64,000 nt of DNA from positions 1 to 64,000 of the forward strand of contig LT642148.1 in NCBI GenBank assembly GCA_900128585.1, written 5' to 3'. The position numbers were made by a program, and so were the translations under genes. The notes beneath the pieces are model-generated. The model saw only the letters and a program-made list of their open reading frames with translations, was not told where the DNA came from and searched no databases. Positions 8,881 to 20,577 of the stretch are shown here, piece by piece (within the stretch, counting starts at the first letter, position 1; every line of letters starts with the position of its first letter). The stretch is from Stramenopiles sp. TOSAG23-3 (lineage: Eukaryota).

Positions 8881-11715
8881 TTAAAAATGCCATCCTGGCA
8901 ATTGCGAATTTTCATCCAAAACAAATCGTAAAAGCATTGGTATGCGAAGAAATTTAATGCCGGTTGCAACTGAAAACGCAACAAAGTAGGGTGAAACGTA
9001 ATACGGCCACAACTGAAAAATAGTATGCGCGTTTAAAGAATCAATTGACAATGCTGTTGCTAGTGATAAAACAAGCGCAAAGAAAACTAAATAGGGAAAC
9101 CAGCTCAACGAGACTGGCCCTTTCTTAACTCCAATCAGCACTGGCAAATTCTGCGCAAACATACGTTGGCACAACGGGGCAAACATCGTTGTCACAATTG
9201 GCAAATCGGTAATCTCACCTTTTCCGTAATGTTTTACTACCCATGGGCGAATTGTTAGGTGACACAAATACAAAATGACGGTATGAAATGTACGATATTC
9301 CAATCGATACTTAGCATATTTCCCAATGCTCCAATTGCGATGAATATACTCTTCCATGCCAATTATCAATAAAATTGATACAAAATGGCCGAGAGAAAAT
9401 ATCATGGAATACCCTTCATAATAATAATATACCATTTCTGTGACCGTTAAAAATATGGTGCATTTCGAAGACATTCTGTCTCGTTTATACGGTTGAGTAA
9501 AGTAACTGAGCAATAGAAAATGGCTCATTAACGGAAGTAACAATGCTGCTAATTTTCCCAATGTGTTTGCTAGTGGCATCGGGTCTCTAACTCTGGTGTA
9601 ATAATCACTCGGTCCATGCATATACGGCGATCCCAAGTTGTCGGTAGCTAAATATAAGATTTCCCCCCTGCACATTGCCTCATCCGTAAATAATGAACAC
9701 GACCAGATGGAAAAATCCGTGAAACCCAGCTTTTCTACAAACGAGAAAGAACCTTGCAAATGTGGGTCCGTTTTGAACGTGAGGCCTCTGGTTGAATTTG
9801 GGCAAAACAAAAACACTAACAAGATTGAATTTGCAATTATGAACTCATTTCTAAATTGATTACTAGATTGAAAGAGCGGCAGTAGTTTTTTGGGCATTAT
9901 TTTTTTCTGCGACGCGGCTTCACCCAGTTCGATGTCAGCATCGTGCACGTCCAATTTTTTCAGTTTTTGCATATTGTTAAAATGCGACCCTGAAAATTCA
10001 TATCTTTCGAATTTTCCGTCTATGGTTTTGTCGTCAATACCATCGTGATTCTTGTCATTTTCACGGTTGTTGCCGTTGTTCTTGTTCCCATCGTTGTTCT
10101 TTCCGTTATCGCTGGAATCGCCGCTGTCGTCACTATTTAGTACTTTTAAGTTTTTGTTCGCATAATGCGCAGGTCTTGTAATTTCAAAATCAACTCTGTT
10201 CGATTCCCCGACCTGTGAAAGAAGCAAATCTTTTTCGATCAACCTAAATTTATATTTACCAATTGCAAACTCTTTTAAATCAATGGCAAAATACGACGAC
10301 GTGCCGTAACTTTCACTTCGGTGTAATATATCCACCGCTTTTTTCTCTGATACAATTCCGGTGTCCGGGTTAACTGTTTCTAAAATACCATGTGATAATA
10401 TATGATTTTCCCAAACCCCATTTAGGGTAATTAGACTATAACGGTTGACATCATGCGTTTCGGTTGAATATTTTTCGATTGAATTTGGTACTAAGTTTTC
10501 AATATATATATCTGACATGCCGTCAAATATGTCATCAAAGTAATCGAAGATAGGACTATCAGCAGAGCTGGAATCATTTTCTTCAAGGACTTCAAAACTG
10601 TCGGAAGAACTGAAATTGTTTTCTTCTTCCTCCGTAGAATTCGATCGAGACGATACACCAGAAAATGGCGGAGTGCTGCCACTCGTGTGCAGTAAAGATT
10701 TGACACTAAACGAAACTTCCAGTGTTCTGTTTTGCCATCCGTGCATCGTGAACCCATCGCGCTCTTCTTCCTTCTTTTGGTGTAAACCGTTGGCCCTTAA
10801 AACCGCCTTGATCATGCCGATCATGCCACTTAAGTCTCCATTGTGACTGTTATATTCATTCAAATTGCTGCTTCCGCCGCCCAATTCGTTTATTTTGATT
10901 TCTACCTCTTCTTGTGTGCCTTTCCCGGCAAATATATTGGTTCCAGTACCCTGTTGCTGCAGTTGTTTGTATTTATTATCTCCACTGGTGACCCCCACTG
11001 CCGACACTGAACTTAAAGGATGTTTCCCAAGGACAGAAGACGGACATGCCTTCATTTTTGACAACGAGAAAGATGAAGGTGCCTTCATTTTTGACGACGA
11101 GGAAGAAGCGACCTTTGCACTTGTTGCCTTAGTTTTTCTCGCCACTTTCCCCTTTGTACTTGTACCTCTAATTCTCCTTCCTTTTTTTTTCTTCTTCATT
11201 TTTTTCTTCCAATCTTGTAACCACCCTGATAAAAACTTGACAACTTGAACATTGTTTTTCGTCGTTGTAAATGGCAAGTATCGATTTGCATATACGTTTT
11301 TATACTTTTCTTCAAAGTTTTCGGCGAAAAATATATTGCCTTTTGAATCCACTTGTGCACAATCTCGAAATACAGAAGCGACTTTGTCTGCATCCCCCGG
11401 GGTGCAATATGCCGAGCCAATACGAAGCGGGCAGCCATTATAACGCAGCTTGACCCCAAATCTACTCACGGCACTGTTAGCCTGTGTTCGTATTACGTTG
11501 TGCGGGAGCGTACCTTTTGTATGGACGTTTTTCTTAAGGGGCGGAGTATGGGGAGCGGATGGAGCGGAGGGGAGCGGAGGGGAGCGGATGGATTTGCGGG
11601 GGGGGGATTTATGCAACTTCTGAAGGGGAGGTTTGGCGGAAGGAGTAGCCGATTCACCTCCGCACTTTGCCTCTCCGAACATTTGGTTTGTTTCATCGAT
11701 ACTAGCCGATGACAT
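8881..11715 (-). CDS. Uncharacterised 944-aa protein: N-terminal AP2-like segment, basic NLS-like tract, multi-pass membrane C-terminus
   Basis: Long ATG-initiated ORF; LPHNV..RFGVKLRYNG..LRIGSAYCTP.DA..VA; KKKMKKKKKGRR; several hydrophobic helices after aa ~625. Confidence 0.75.
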   Translation of the reverse strand: MSSASIDETNQMFGEAKCGGESATPSAKPPLQKLHKSPPRKSIRSPPLPSAPSAPHTPPLKKNVHTKGTLPHNVIRTQANSAVSRFGVKLRYNGCPLRIGSAYCTPGDADKVASVFRDCAQVDSKGNIFFAENFEEKYKNVYANRYLPFTTTKNNVQVVKFLSGWLQDWKKKMKKKKKGRRIRGTSTKGKVARKTKATSAKVASSSSSKMKAPSSFSLSKMKACPSSVLGKHPLSSVSAVGVTSGDNKYKQLQQQGTGTNIFAGKGTQEEVEIKINELGGGSSNLNEYNSHNGDLSGMIGMIKAVLRANGLHQKKEEERDGFTMHGWQNRTLEVSFSVKSLLHTSGSTPPFSGVSSRSNSTEEEENNFSSSDSFEVLEENDSSSADSPIFDYFDDIFDGMSDIYIENLVPNSIEKYSTETHDVNRYSLITLNGVWENHILSHGILETVNPDTGIVSEKKAVDILHRSESYGTSSYFAIDLKEFAIGKYKFRLIEKDLLLSQVGESNRVDFEITRPAHYANKNLKVLNSDDSGDSSDNGKNNDGNKNNGNNRENDKNHDGIDDKTIDGKFERYEFSGSHFNNMQKLKKLDVHDADIELGEAASQKKIMPKKLLPLFQSSNQFRNEFIIANSILLVFLFCPNSTRGLTFKTDPHLQGSFSFVEKLGFTDFSIWSCSLFTDEAMCRGEILYLATDNLGSPYMHGPSDYYTRVRDPMPLANTLGKLAALLLPLMSHFLLLSYFTQPYKRDRMSSKCTIFLTVTEMVYYYYEGYSMIFSLGHFVSILLIIGMEEYIHRNWSIGKYAKYRLEYRTFHTVILYLCHLTIRPWVVKHYGKGEITDLPIVTTMFAPLCQRMFAQNLPVLIGVKKGPVSLSWFPYLVFFALVLSLATALSIDSLNAHTIFQLWPYYVSPYFVAFSVATGIKFLRIPMLLRFVLDENSQLPGWHF

Positions 11716-12061
11716 CTTACACTCTATACTGGTCGTCTATAGTTGAATTTGACGTGTGGCTTTTAGATGTGTGAGCCAACAGGAATTTTACAATCCATAT
11801 TGTTTTTATTGTCCCAGCAGATTCTTCCGGGCTTGACGATTTGGATTCCGGGAAAAGTTGGAATAATTATTTATGACCACTACATTTACAGGGCACACGG
11901 TAGAAAGTGAATGGAAAATTGTATAGCGCCGTTTACCATAGGCCTTGTGGTATGCCCATCGAACAACTAATTAATTAGAAAATAACAGGGAGGAGAAACT
12001 ACGTTCCCACTTTGCCCTAATTCGAAGCACTCACTGCCTACCTACCAACCTACCCCACTAT

Positions 12062-12314
12062 TTGGATTGTACTTTGCACGAAGGGGGTGGGGGTACCTCT
12101 CGGCTCTCGGCGTGCACACACCTTTTTTACCAACTTGTTTAATGCTGTGTTTATATTCCCTCATCCCTAACAATATTGTATGCTCTGATTATACTGTAAA
12201 CTTAATAATATAAACACAGCATTAAACAAGTTGGTAAAAAATGTGAAAAAAAGGTGTGTGCGCGCCGAGAGGTACCCCCCCCCTGTGCACTAATCGTGCA
12301 AAGTACAATACCAA
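12062..12314. mobile_element. Foldback/MITE-like element with ~95-bp inverted arms
   Basis: ATTGTACTTTGCACGA..GGGGTACCTCTCGG..CACACACCTTTTTTACCAACTTGTTTAATGCTGTGTTTATATT is mirrored in ~12207-12314. Confidence 0.75.
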
Positions 12315-12792
12315 CCGACTAGTCAACCAATTTTTTTTGAGAAGAAGTTCTTTTTTTTTTTTGTAAAAATAATAAGGATTAAAACGCTTTCTTCTGCAAA
12401 TCATCGATCAACTACTCACTCCATTTTTTGATGCTGTTAGCTCTAGTTTGCTATTTTTACACTTCTTTTCATTTTTTTTTTGCTCGTCGTCGTGAAAAAC
12501 TTGGGGACAATAATGTTCTACTTTTTTTCGGATCGACTCTTCCCTGTTTACTGCGTCGACGACTTGCTGCCCGCCGTTTTAAGAAAATTATTATTATTGT
12601 TTTAAAAGGAGGAGGCGAACAAGAAGAATTAACAATTTCTTTCTAGAAACCTTCGATGATAGAAGTCTAGCAAAAGGGGACGAAGTGTGACGAGTGGTGG
12701 TAATAATACTATATTGTAATAAAACTTGAAGCTGGATCGAATAGAACGGTCGTTAAAGCACCGGGGAGCAGCGCTCTGGGAACAGGTTTAGC

Positions 12793-14280
12793 ATGGAGTC
12801 CGGGATAAAATATCGCTCCCACTTGTTGTCGCGGTGGCCCGCTTTGTTGCTGGTATGCATGTTTATGTCTTGCGTATACTTTGCATTCGACAACCCTGCC
12901 GCGCTGCACGACCAGCTTAGAGACCACTTTCGGCACATGCCTCAAACAGAATTTGAGTATCAATTTAATTTGTTGTACTCGGCCTACTCGTTGCCCAACG
13001 TCATTTTACCCTTTTTTGGGGGTGTCTTTGTGGACCGCTATGGAGCGGAGAATTGCTGCCTTGTGTTCCTGTGTATAATATCCATTGGCCAGTTGCTCGT
13101 CTCTGTGGGGGTATCGATCCAGTCCTTTCCCATTATGCTGTTTGGTCGCGCCGTGTTCGGGGTGGGGGGCGAGTCGGTTATGGTGGCCTCTAGTATGCTC
13201 CTCCAGTCCTGGTTCCGGCACGGAGAAATTGCGTTGGCCATGGGATTGTCGTTGTCCGTGTCTCGATTGGGTTCGGTATCAAACAATTTGGTATCGCCAT
13301 GGTTAGCAAAACGAAACGGTGGGGTAAAGAGTTCATTTTTCTTCAGCACGCTTGTGCTGGGACTTTCCGTTGTTGCTGCCTCGGTGCTGAAGCTGTTGGG
13401 AAAGCGGGCGGACAAAACCCTCCGCAGTCGCGGGTACGAAACGTCGGAGGACGGCGCAGCGGATAGCGACTCCAATATTGGCGACCTGTGGGGTGAGGTG
13501 AAGCGAGCAAAGAATTTTTCTAGTGCGTACTGGCTCATGACGACTAGCTGCATAGTTATTTATGGGACAGTTCTGCCGTTCAACAATGTCGCGAGTGCGT
13601 TGCTCATTGAAAAGTTCATTTGCAAAGGCCCGTGTTGTGGGGTTCACTTTAAACAATGCCACCGCGCGGTGAGCGCAGAGGCAACTGCAAGCTACGTCAT
13701 GGGGATACCATTCATGGTCTCTGCTTTCGTCACCCCCGTTATCGGCATCATAGTCGATAAATGCGGTGGCAACACCATCATGACCACGGTGGCAGCCGTG
13801 ATTCTCTTCGGGGTGCACTTGACCATTCGCCTTTCTTCGGCAATTCCGTACTGGCCACTGTTTTTCCAAGGGCTCGCGTATGCCATGTATGCTGCTGCAC
13901 TTTGGCCCGCCATCGGCGCGTCTGTAAAAAAGGACGAAGGTGGAATGGCGTACGGGCTGACCACTGCTATGCAAAACATTGGACTTGCGATGTTTCCTAT
14001 CCTTGTCGCAGGCTTACGATCAAAGTACGGCAATTACGATGGGGTAGAGCTTCTTTTTGTCGGGCTAGCGTGTGCCGGGATTTGCCTAGGGGTTTTGCAG
14101 GTATGCATCGAATTTTCTCGGCAGAGAGCGCCGGAGTTGACAAGTGATGTGGACAATGGCAATCAACGCAACGATGACCTATTTGCCAATCTGGGCAATG
14201 ATTTTGAAGAAACGCGCGGTCTGCTGCATAGACACAAGGCCGAAGTCCGCCGAGAAGGGGGGCTCCAAAGTCGACCCTGA
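12793..14280 (+). CDS. Major facilitator superfamily transporter, MFSD1-like
   Basis: YFAFDNPAAL, LLYSAYSLPNVILPFFGG..VDR.G, GRAVFGVGGES, WF...EIALAMG, AYGL....QN.GL; ~12 TM; 495 aa. Confidence 0.92.
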   Translation: MESGIKYRSHLLSRWPALLLVCMFMSCVYFAFDNPAALHDQLRDHFRHMPQTEFEYQFNLLYSAYSLPNVILPFFGGVFVDRYGAENCCLVFLCIISIGQLLVSVGVSIQSFPIMLFGRAVFGVGGESVMVASSMLLQSWFRHGEIALAMGLSLSVSRLGSVSNNLVSPWLAKRNGGVKSSFFFSTLVLGLSVVAASVLKLLGKRADKTLRSRGYETSEDGAADSDSNIGDLWGEVKRAKNFSSAYWLMTTSCIVIYGTVLPFNNVASALLIEKFICKGPCCGVHFKQCHRAVSAEATASYVMGIPFMVSAFVTPVIGIIVDKCGGNTIMTTVAAVILFGVHLTIRLSSAIPYWPLFFQGLAYAMYAAALWPAIGASVKKDEGGMAYGLTTAMQNIGLAMFPILVAGLRSKYGNYDGVELLFVGLACAGICLGVLQVCIEFSRQRAPELTSDVDNGNQRNDDLFANLGNDFEETRGLLHRHKAEVRREGGLQSRP

Positions 14281-14350
14281 AATAGGGGAGTGTTCACCAT
14301 CGGGGGCAGGCTGCTCACTTGTACATGTTTGTGAGAGCGCGATTGTTGCT

Positions 14351-14650
14351 CAAGACTAAAAGTGACAAATTGATTACTAAAAATCACAACGGTACAGATC
14401 ATTTCGCGGTATATGAGAAAGCTAAATTTTAATTATGATACTTAAATAACAGCCATTACAGCCAATTTTCTTGTTTTTAAATAACAGGCGCCATTTTTTT
14501 GTTTTAGAGTAAGTGATTTACAACCAACAACGAAACAAAATTACAGAACCAAGGTAGGATTAGGGAGGGTATGAGGAAGCTAAATTTAATTACTTATAAA
14601 TAACAGCCAATATAATTTGTTTCTAAATAACAGCCAATTTTCTTGTTTCT
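14351..14650 (+). repeat. 3'-spacer repeat cluster between convergent MFS and V-ATPase genes
   Basis: CAAGACTAA..GTGACAA..GATTACTAAAAATCAC..GAGAAAGCTAAATTTT..AAATAACAGCC plus further core copies. Confidence 0.9.
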
Positions 14651-14977
14651 GAGAAGAGAATTTTACATTCTTCTAAATTTAAGATAAGAGCACAACAAAT
14701 GAGTAGTAATGAAGGGATTTTTGTCATCACTACTCGCATGTTTATTTGTATTTTTTAAAATATATTGGAAATCCCGAAAAGTGTAATTCTTAAGAATTTC
14801 TTGCACAGTTTTCCTTTCTTTTGTGGGAGTAACAGTACCAGGTAAAAAAAAGGTGAGTGGGTGTATTTTTCTCGTAAGTTCCATTTTTAAAAAAAGAGCG
14901 GATTGCATGTTTTGTGTCCTCCCGGTGGGTGGCGGCAAGCTGCTCTCGTACTGCCCATGCCATGTTGATTTCAAACG

Positions 14978-15585
14978 TTAACCCGATGCACCCAAAACAA
15001 GGGCAACAATGAACCCGTAAAGCCCGATGGCTTCACTAAAGATCATGATCAAAATCAAGCCAACAAACACACGCCCTTGTTGGCCCACAGCGCGGACACC
15101 AGCGTCACCGGCAATGCCAATGGAAAACCCAGACGCCAGGCCACTAAGGCCGCAGCAAAGGCCTGCTGCGAATACCTTGTAACCCACGTTCATCGCATTG
15201 GTGATGTCCTTGTCCTTTAGGCTCTTGGTGATAACTTGGACTGGGGCGGTAGAATAATGATAGTGTTAGAATATTGAGATGTGGATGGTTGTCAAAGAGA
15301 AAGGGAGGGGTCATACATACTTTTGGACGCCAAGATTATGGAAACAATTAGCCCGTAAATACCGAGGATACCCGCCATAACAATAGGAATCGTGTTCTTC
15401 ATCACATCTCCAGGGCTCATTACGCCCATACTCATGAGCCCAACGCCGGACTTGGCTGTGCCGTAAGCGGCCCCAAAGTTGGTGAAAATCAACGCAACCG
15501 CGCAGCCCATCCACCCAAAGAAGTAGGCAGACGCGCCAGACCCGTCCGTGACTGCTCCCGCCGCGTCAAGCAACGTACCGTACAT
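14978..15585 (-). CDS. ATP6V0C: V-type H+-ATPase 16-kDa proteolipid subunit c; exons 15585-15321 and 15240-14978
   Basis: [46 protein letters not shown]. An 80-nt intron 15320-15241 (GTATGT..CTAAC..CAG) joins the two ORF fragments in frame. Confidence 0.96.
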
Positions 15586-17058
15586 GTTTACTGTTCAAAA
15601 GATGAGGAGACAGAGAGAATAGGAAGAAAGATGATAACTGCAGAAGAATGTGTGTTTCAGCAAATCGTTACAACATGTAAAAGGCGTTTTTACCTTCGGC
15701 AGATAGACCTGCAGAAAAGTCAAATGCACTTATACGGAGGAGAGAAAGGAAGGTATTGTATTAAAAATAAAAAACAACAAACGAAGAAACATCAAACAAC
15801 TAACGAACTTTTCTACTTCTTTTTTAGTAGCCGTCTCCTATCTAATTATTCTTTATTCTCTGTTGTTGTTGTTTGTTTTTCTTTTTTTATTATTATTTAT
15901 TTTTTATTTCGGTTCTCCTGCTGTACTGTACTCTATTATTATTATTTTATAATAATTATATTACAGAATATTTATTATTAGACGACTATTATTTCATTTT
16001 ATTACTATACACAAAACAAAGAGCCTTGCATTGCGGTTGTATAACAGGTTTTAATGTTTTTTACTAGTCTATAATATATATTAAAATAGCAAAGAGACGA
16101 CCAAGAAAAAAGAAAAAAAACATTTTATATAAAATACAATAGCAATAGTGAAGAAATATTTATTTTATAAAATCTTCTTTTTTGAAATTAGGTTGTGTTT
16201 CGTTGTTTAAAACGTTCGTTCCCATTTTATTTATTGGACGGACGGATAAAATAGCATTTTCCAATGGTGGTCTGTTGTTGTTGTGGTTCCACATCCCACA
16301 GCACATCGAGAGGAGGAGAACAAAAAGGTTTTGTTTGTAGTTCTTTTAAAAATAGTCCTTATTAATTTTACTACTGTATCCCTTTTACCGGTAGGGGGTT
16401 AATAATAGAATACAATAAGTATAATTTAAATAAAGTAACTAAATTAGTCTAGAGGGAATTTTAATATATACGTATTATTACACCAAAATAGGAGCACTTT
16501 TTTTCCTTCTTTCCCCTTCTTTTCTTCCTTTTTTTCTCTTCTTCCTTCTTCACTTCTTCTCTTTTTTTCTTTCTTTTTCCTTTTTCTTTTGTTTGGTGCC
16601 TCAACTGTAATAATATTACCTGGTGTAATAATTATAAATTAAAAACCACCGTAAGTCATGCCTCTCAGAAATGTACCGTACCAGGAGGATGATTGTTGTA
16701 CTCTAGTAATCCCCATCATTCTACGGTTCTACCGGTACCTGGTACGGTAGTTCCGACCTGGTATTATACCTGGTTCCTTGTTTCTTCTTCATCATCTTCC
16801 TCTTTCTTCTTCTTTTTTTTCTTCTTCTTCTTGTTCTTCTTTTGTCACATTACTTTTTTCTCACTTCTTATCAAAACAAAGTCTTACAACCCAAATGATT
16901 ACATATGTTATGATACCACTGGTTAACCAGAATACCAGAAAACTGTCACGTTAACCAGAAAACTGTCACGTTGCATATACATCTACATGAAGAGCATTTA
17001 CAGCACGCATAAGTAAGAGTTGCGTGGACGCGCTGGCTCACACCGACATTTTTTTAAA

Positions 17059-17703
17059 ATGACGTCGGTGGTTACCTTGGCCCTGGATATTGACTCCGAA
17101 GACTTTGAAAAGGCTGAACATTTGCGCAAGAAGACAGAAAAAAAAACGTCTCCATTCAAAGTGCAAGGTAGCCAGCCACGTTCAACTATGGAGCTTCTTA
17201 AAATTCTGAGTGATCCCTCCAGTCCTTTGCATGTCTCCGATAGTGGTGACCTTTGCTTGGAAGCAAGCTCCGGAGAAGACCTTTCAACAATATATGTCGA
17301 AAGCTTTGACGATTCGTCTAAAGCGATGGATATGTCTGTCGAGCAAAAAATGTTGTTTGCTACCTTGGAATGCGATTGCAAAGAACTAGAAGACACCGTC
17401 AATCAGCTCGAATGTCGTCAGGTGACTGACAAGGAGGAGATCACCAAGTTAAGGGCAGAGCTTTCCTTGTCCCAAAGCCAAGCTGAGACGGTAAAATGTG
17501 AGAACCAAGCGATCGTAAGAGAGAGAGATCAGCTGGAACGCGCCCTAATCCAAACGAAGTTGGAGCTTGCGCAAACGAAAACGGACATGGACTCTTGGCA
17601 GGGGAGCGCAGAGCACTATGCAAAGGAAATCCAAGAGATTAGGGTACAGTTAGCAAAGCAGAAGCTGAAGGCGCCAAGGTCAAAGTGGAAACTATCGTTT
17701 TGA
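17059..17703 (+). CDS. Small coiled-coil protein of unknown function
   Basis: GC-richer ORF with a heptad-like C-terminal half (LERALIQTKLELAQ); first ATG at 17059. Confidence 0.75.
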   Translation: MTSVVTLALDIDSEDFEKAEHLRKKTEKKTSPFKVQGSQPRSTMELLKILSDPSSPLHVSDSGDLCLEASSGEDLSTIYVESFDDSSKAMDMSVEQKMLFATLECDCKELEDTVNQLECRQVTDKEEITKLRAELSLSQSQAETVKCENQAIVRERDQLERALIQTKLELAQTKTDMDSWQGSAEHYAKEIQEIRVQLAKQKLKAPRSKWKLSF

Positions 17704-17763
17704 AAGCGGTAAATTCTCCCCCTGGTAGGGTAGATTGTTTCTTCTTTTTTCCTCCTCTAACAT

Positions 17764-18245
17764 TTAAAACAAGAAAATTGGCTGTTATTTAAGTAATTAA
17801 ATTTAGCTTCGTCGTACCCACTCTAACATTACTATCCCAGATTTAAAAAAAAAACAAGAATTCAACAGAATTGTAGAACTGATCTAATTTTGCGACTGCT
17901 AAAATGTCGCTTTTAATATCAGCCATTTTTTCGTTTTATTAAACAAAAAATAATGAGAGTCTTAATACTAAAACATATGATACTTATATAATTTGTTTTT
18001 TTAATTTGTTTAGTCTTAAGCAGATTCATTTTCGCGGTACATGAGAAAGCTAAATTTTAATTGCTTAAAAAATAACAGCCAGTATTAGGAAGCTAAATTT
18101 AATTGCTTAAATAACAGCCAGTATTAGGAAGCTAAATTTAATTACTTATAAATAACAGCCAATTTTCTTGTTTTTAATAACAGCCAATTTTTTGTTTTTA
18201 AAAAAATTTAATTACTTAAATAACAGCCAATTTTTCTTGTTTTAT
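17764..18245. repeat. 3'-spacer repeat cluster with tandem core copies
   Basis: Inverted core at 17764-17810; about five tandem AATAACAGCCA units at ~18047-18245. Confidence 0.92.
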
Positions 18246-18277
18246 AAAAAAATAATTTGTTTCAAGAAGCTCCCCTA

Positions 18278-19447
18278 CTATACAATGTTTACTTTACTCT
18301 TCTTGGAGATGCCCAAAACGTTCGAAGCCGCCATTTCGATACGAATGCCATCGCTCCCCATCCACTCCTTCAATTTGGGAACAAACAGGCTCCCAAGCAT
18401 AATTTGAACGGGGTGATATATCAAAAGTGGGATGGATAGCATCGACAATTCCTTTGAACCGCTTCCAAACATGATGTTCAGCAATGGTAACCCCAAGGTT
18501 AGCGATTTGTGCGTACCGCTGAACATTGCAGCGACTACGTCAGGCTTGGAGAAGTTGATATATGCACTGTTTGTCACTTTAAAAACAACAAACATCAAAA
18601 TGCATTGGATGAAAACAATGCAGCAGACGGTTCCCACCAATGTTCCGGTGCTCATTCCAATGTGCTTCATAAACATGTCACAAAATGAGGAATAAATGAT
18701 CAACAGCAACGTACATTTGCTGATTTTGCTGATTGGTAGAAAGGACAAATCATAATTGTTCGAGCTGGCATAAAGCCGTCCTACTTGCCCCGCGACCAAA
18801 GGAAACGCGACCGTCACCATGATCTTTCCAACGATGCTTCCGCCGGGAGACGAGGATGTGCTTAAAATCAGCAAAAGCATGAGGGGGGTAGTAAAAATTC
18901 CAAGCAAACTGCCGAGGACAGACGCACAAATTGCAAGGGGCGTGCTTCCACCGACCGTCCGCGTCAAAATAACGGCCGAGCTCACGGGCGGAGGTAACGC
19001 GCCAACGACCAGTAGACCTTTCAACACCAGGCCGTTCATCCCAACCGTTTGCTGGAGAATAGATGTGAGCACGACGACAAAAAATGGCACGGCAAACAAG
19101 TTAAACCCAAGAACATAGACATAAAAATCAAACCTGATCAGCGCGCGTTTCATTTGTAGCACGTCCGTTCCAAGCCCACTACAAAAGAAGATAAGCCCAA
19201 CTGCAAGCTTTTTCACCGTAAATTCTGGGTGCAACGGACCGTGAGAACGGCCGAATTCCGGAAACAGCCGAGCAATGAATACAACCCCAAATAGTCCAAC
19301 CAAAAACCATTGTTTCAGTAGTTTCTTTTTCAGATGAAACCGTGCCTCTGTCTCCACCAACTGGGCGCCAGGATTATTGTCGTCGTTGCTTGTGACTTTA
19401 CTGGTTTGACTCTCCCGAAACTGCATGCTGCTGCGGTTCTCGCTCAT
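18278..19447 (-). CDS. SLC10A7: Sodium/bile-acid symporter-like transporter (SLC10A7/RCH1 type)
   Basis: QWFLVG, IFFCSGL, LPPPVSSAVILT...GG, LGSLLGIFTTP, LLLIIYSSFCD, THKSLTLGLP, PLLIYHP.QI. Confidence 0.9.
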   Translation of the reverse strand: MSENRSSMQFRESQTSKVTSNDDNNPGAQLVETEARFHLKKKLLKQWFLVGLFGVVFIARLFPEFGRSHGPLHPEFTVKKLAVGLIFFCSGLGTDVLQMKRALIRFDFYVYVLGFNLFAVPFFVVVLTSILQQTVGMNGLVLKGLLVVGALPPPVSSAVILTRTVGGSTPLAICASVLGSLLGIFTTPLMLLLILSTSSSPGGSIVGKIMVTVAFPLVAGQVGRLYASSNNYDLSFLPISKISKCTLLLIIYSSFCDMFMKHIGMSTGTLVGTVCCIVFIQCILMFVVFKVTNSAYINFSKPDVVAAMFSGTHKSLTLGLPLLNIMFGSGSKELSMLSIPLLIYHPVQIMLGSLFVPKLKEWMGSDGIRIEMAASNVLGISKKSKVNIV

Positions 19448-20577
19448 GCGCTAATATTTCAACTTTTCGTTGGCTTCGGGCAATTCTTTTTTAAATTCGA
19501 TATACCGTGTGATATACGTTGAGAATGTGCTAAGGAAGAAGATACACCGTTCGTATGAGTGTTCATTTATTAATGAGTTAGTCGTCTAGTTTATTCCAAG
19601 TGTTAAATGTCGCACATTATAAATTTATTTTGGAGGAGAGGAGGGAGGAGAAGAGGAGAAGAAGAAGAAGAAGAAAGAAAAAAATTAATATAATAATAAT
19701 ATGTACAACAATAATATACATGTATATATTATATAGAATAATACAACAACAACAAGAAAAAAAGTTTTCACAGCAGTGGTTGCTGTCAGCAACAACTGTA
19801 TAGCAGTATAAATTTATCTTTTTAAAATTTTACTGTTATTAGCGCTAACTGTACAGTAATAAAATGAAGAAAAAAAAACACACCAACAAGACAATACATT
19901 CCACCAGCCTGTAGCCACATCATCATAATAATAAAATCTGTATTCTTAATGTGTTTTGATAGGAATAATTAATGTCGTAGGCATACATCATTGGGCAGGT
20001 TTCCACATTCATTTTAAATGTGACACACAGAATCTAATCCATTCGTCCTGTTTTGATTGTTGCACTTTATCATATTCTTCGGTTCGTTGGCAATAAAAAT
20101 AATATTTGAAATTTTTCTTTTTTGTAATTAATTACGTAAATAATAATAAGCTGATGTAATACAATTATTATTTTTTTATTTAAAAAAAAATAATTTATTA
20201 TTATTTATCTATCACAAATCACACGTAGTCGTCGTCGATGCTGTGTCAATGAAAAAAAATCATTTTTTTTTTATTATGAAATTCAAATTATAATAATATA
20301 ATTATTCAGTTGTTGTTGTTATAATAATATCTTCTTCACCACGAAAAGGAATGAATGTCTTTGCATGTACGGCACCACGTATGCATTTAAAATGCATACA
20401 TTTTTTTTCACGTGCCAGTTGTTCACGCGAAAACAAATTGAATACAACGAGCGGCGTCTCAAAAAAGCCGAAACCATATTACAAGCGTGTGAGTGGTGTT
20501 GACAAAGGCAAACGAGACCGCTGGGTGGGTGCGTACTTGAACGCAACGTGTAACGTACTCTCCGCACTGAAGGTACT

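Noticed and set aside
11547-11610. G-rich GGGGAGCGGA repeats (G-quadruplex-like)
   Set aside because: Explained by Pro-rich coding on the minus strand
15586-15695. Possible 5'-UTR intron of the V-ATPase gene (GTAAAA..CAG just before the ATG)
   Set aside because: Plausible but ordinary, and unverifiable without transcripts
16922-16972. 20-bp tandem duplication ACCAGAAAACTGTCACGTT
   Set aside because: Simple local slippage duplication with no further structure
18047-18245. Tandem repeats superficially like a CRISPR array
   Set aside because: No unique spacers, no cas genes, eukaryotic context; these are copies of the dispersed repeat core
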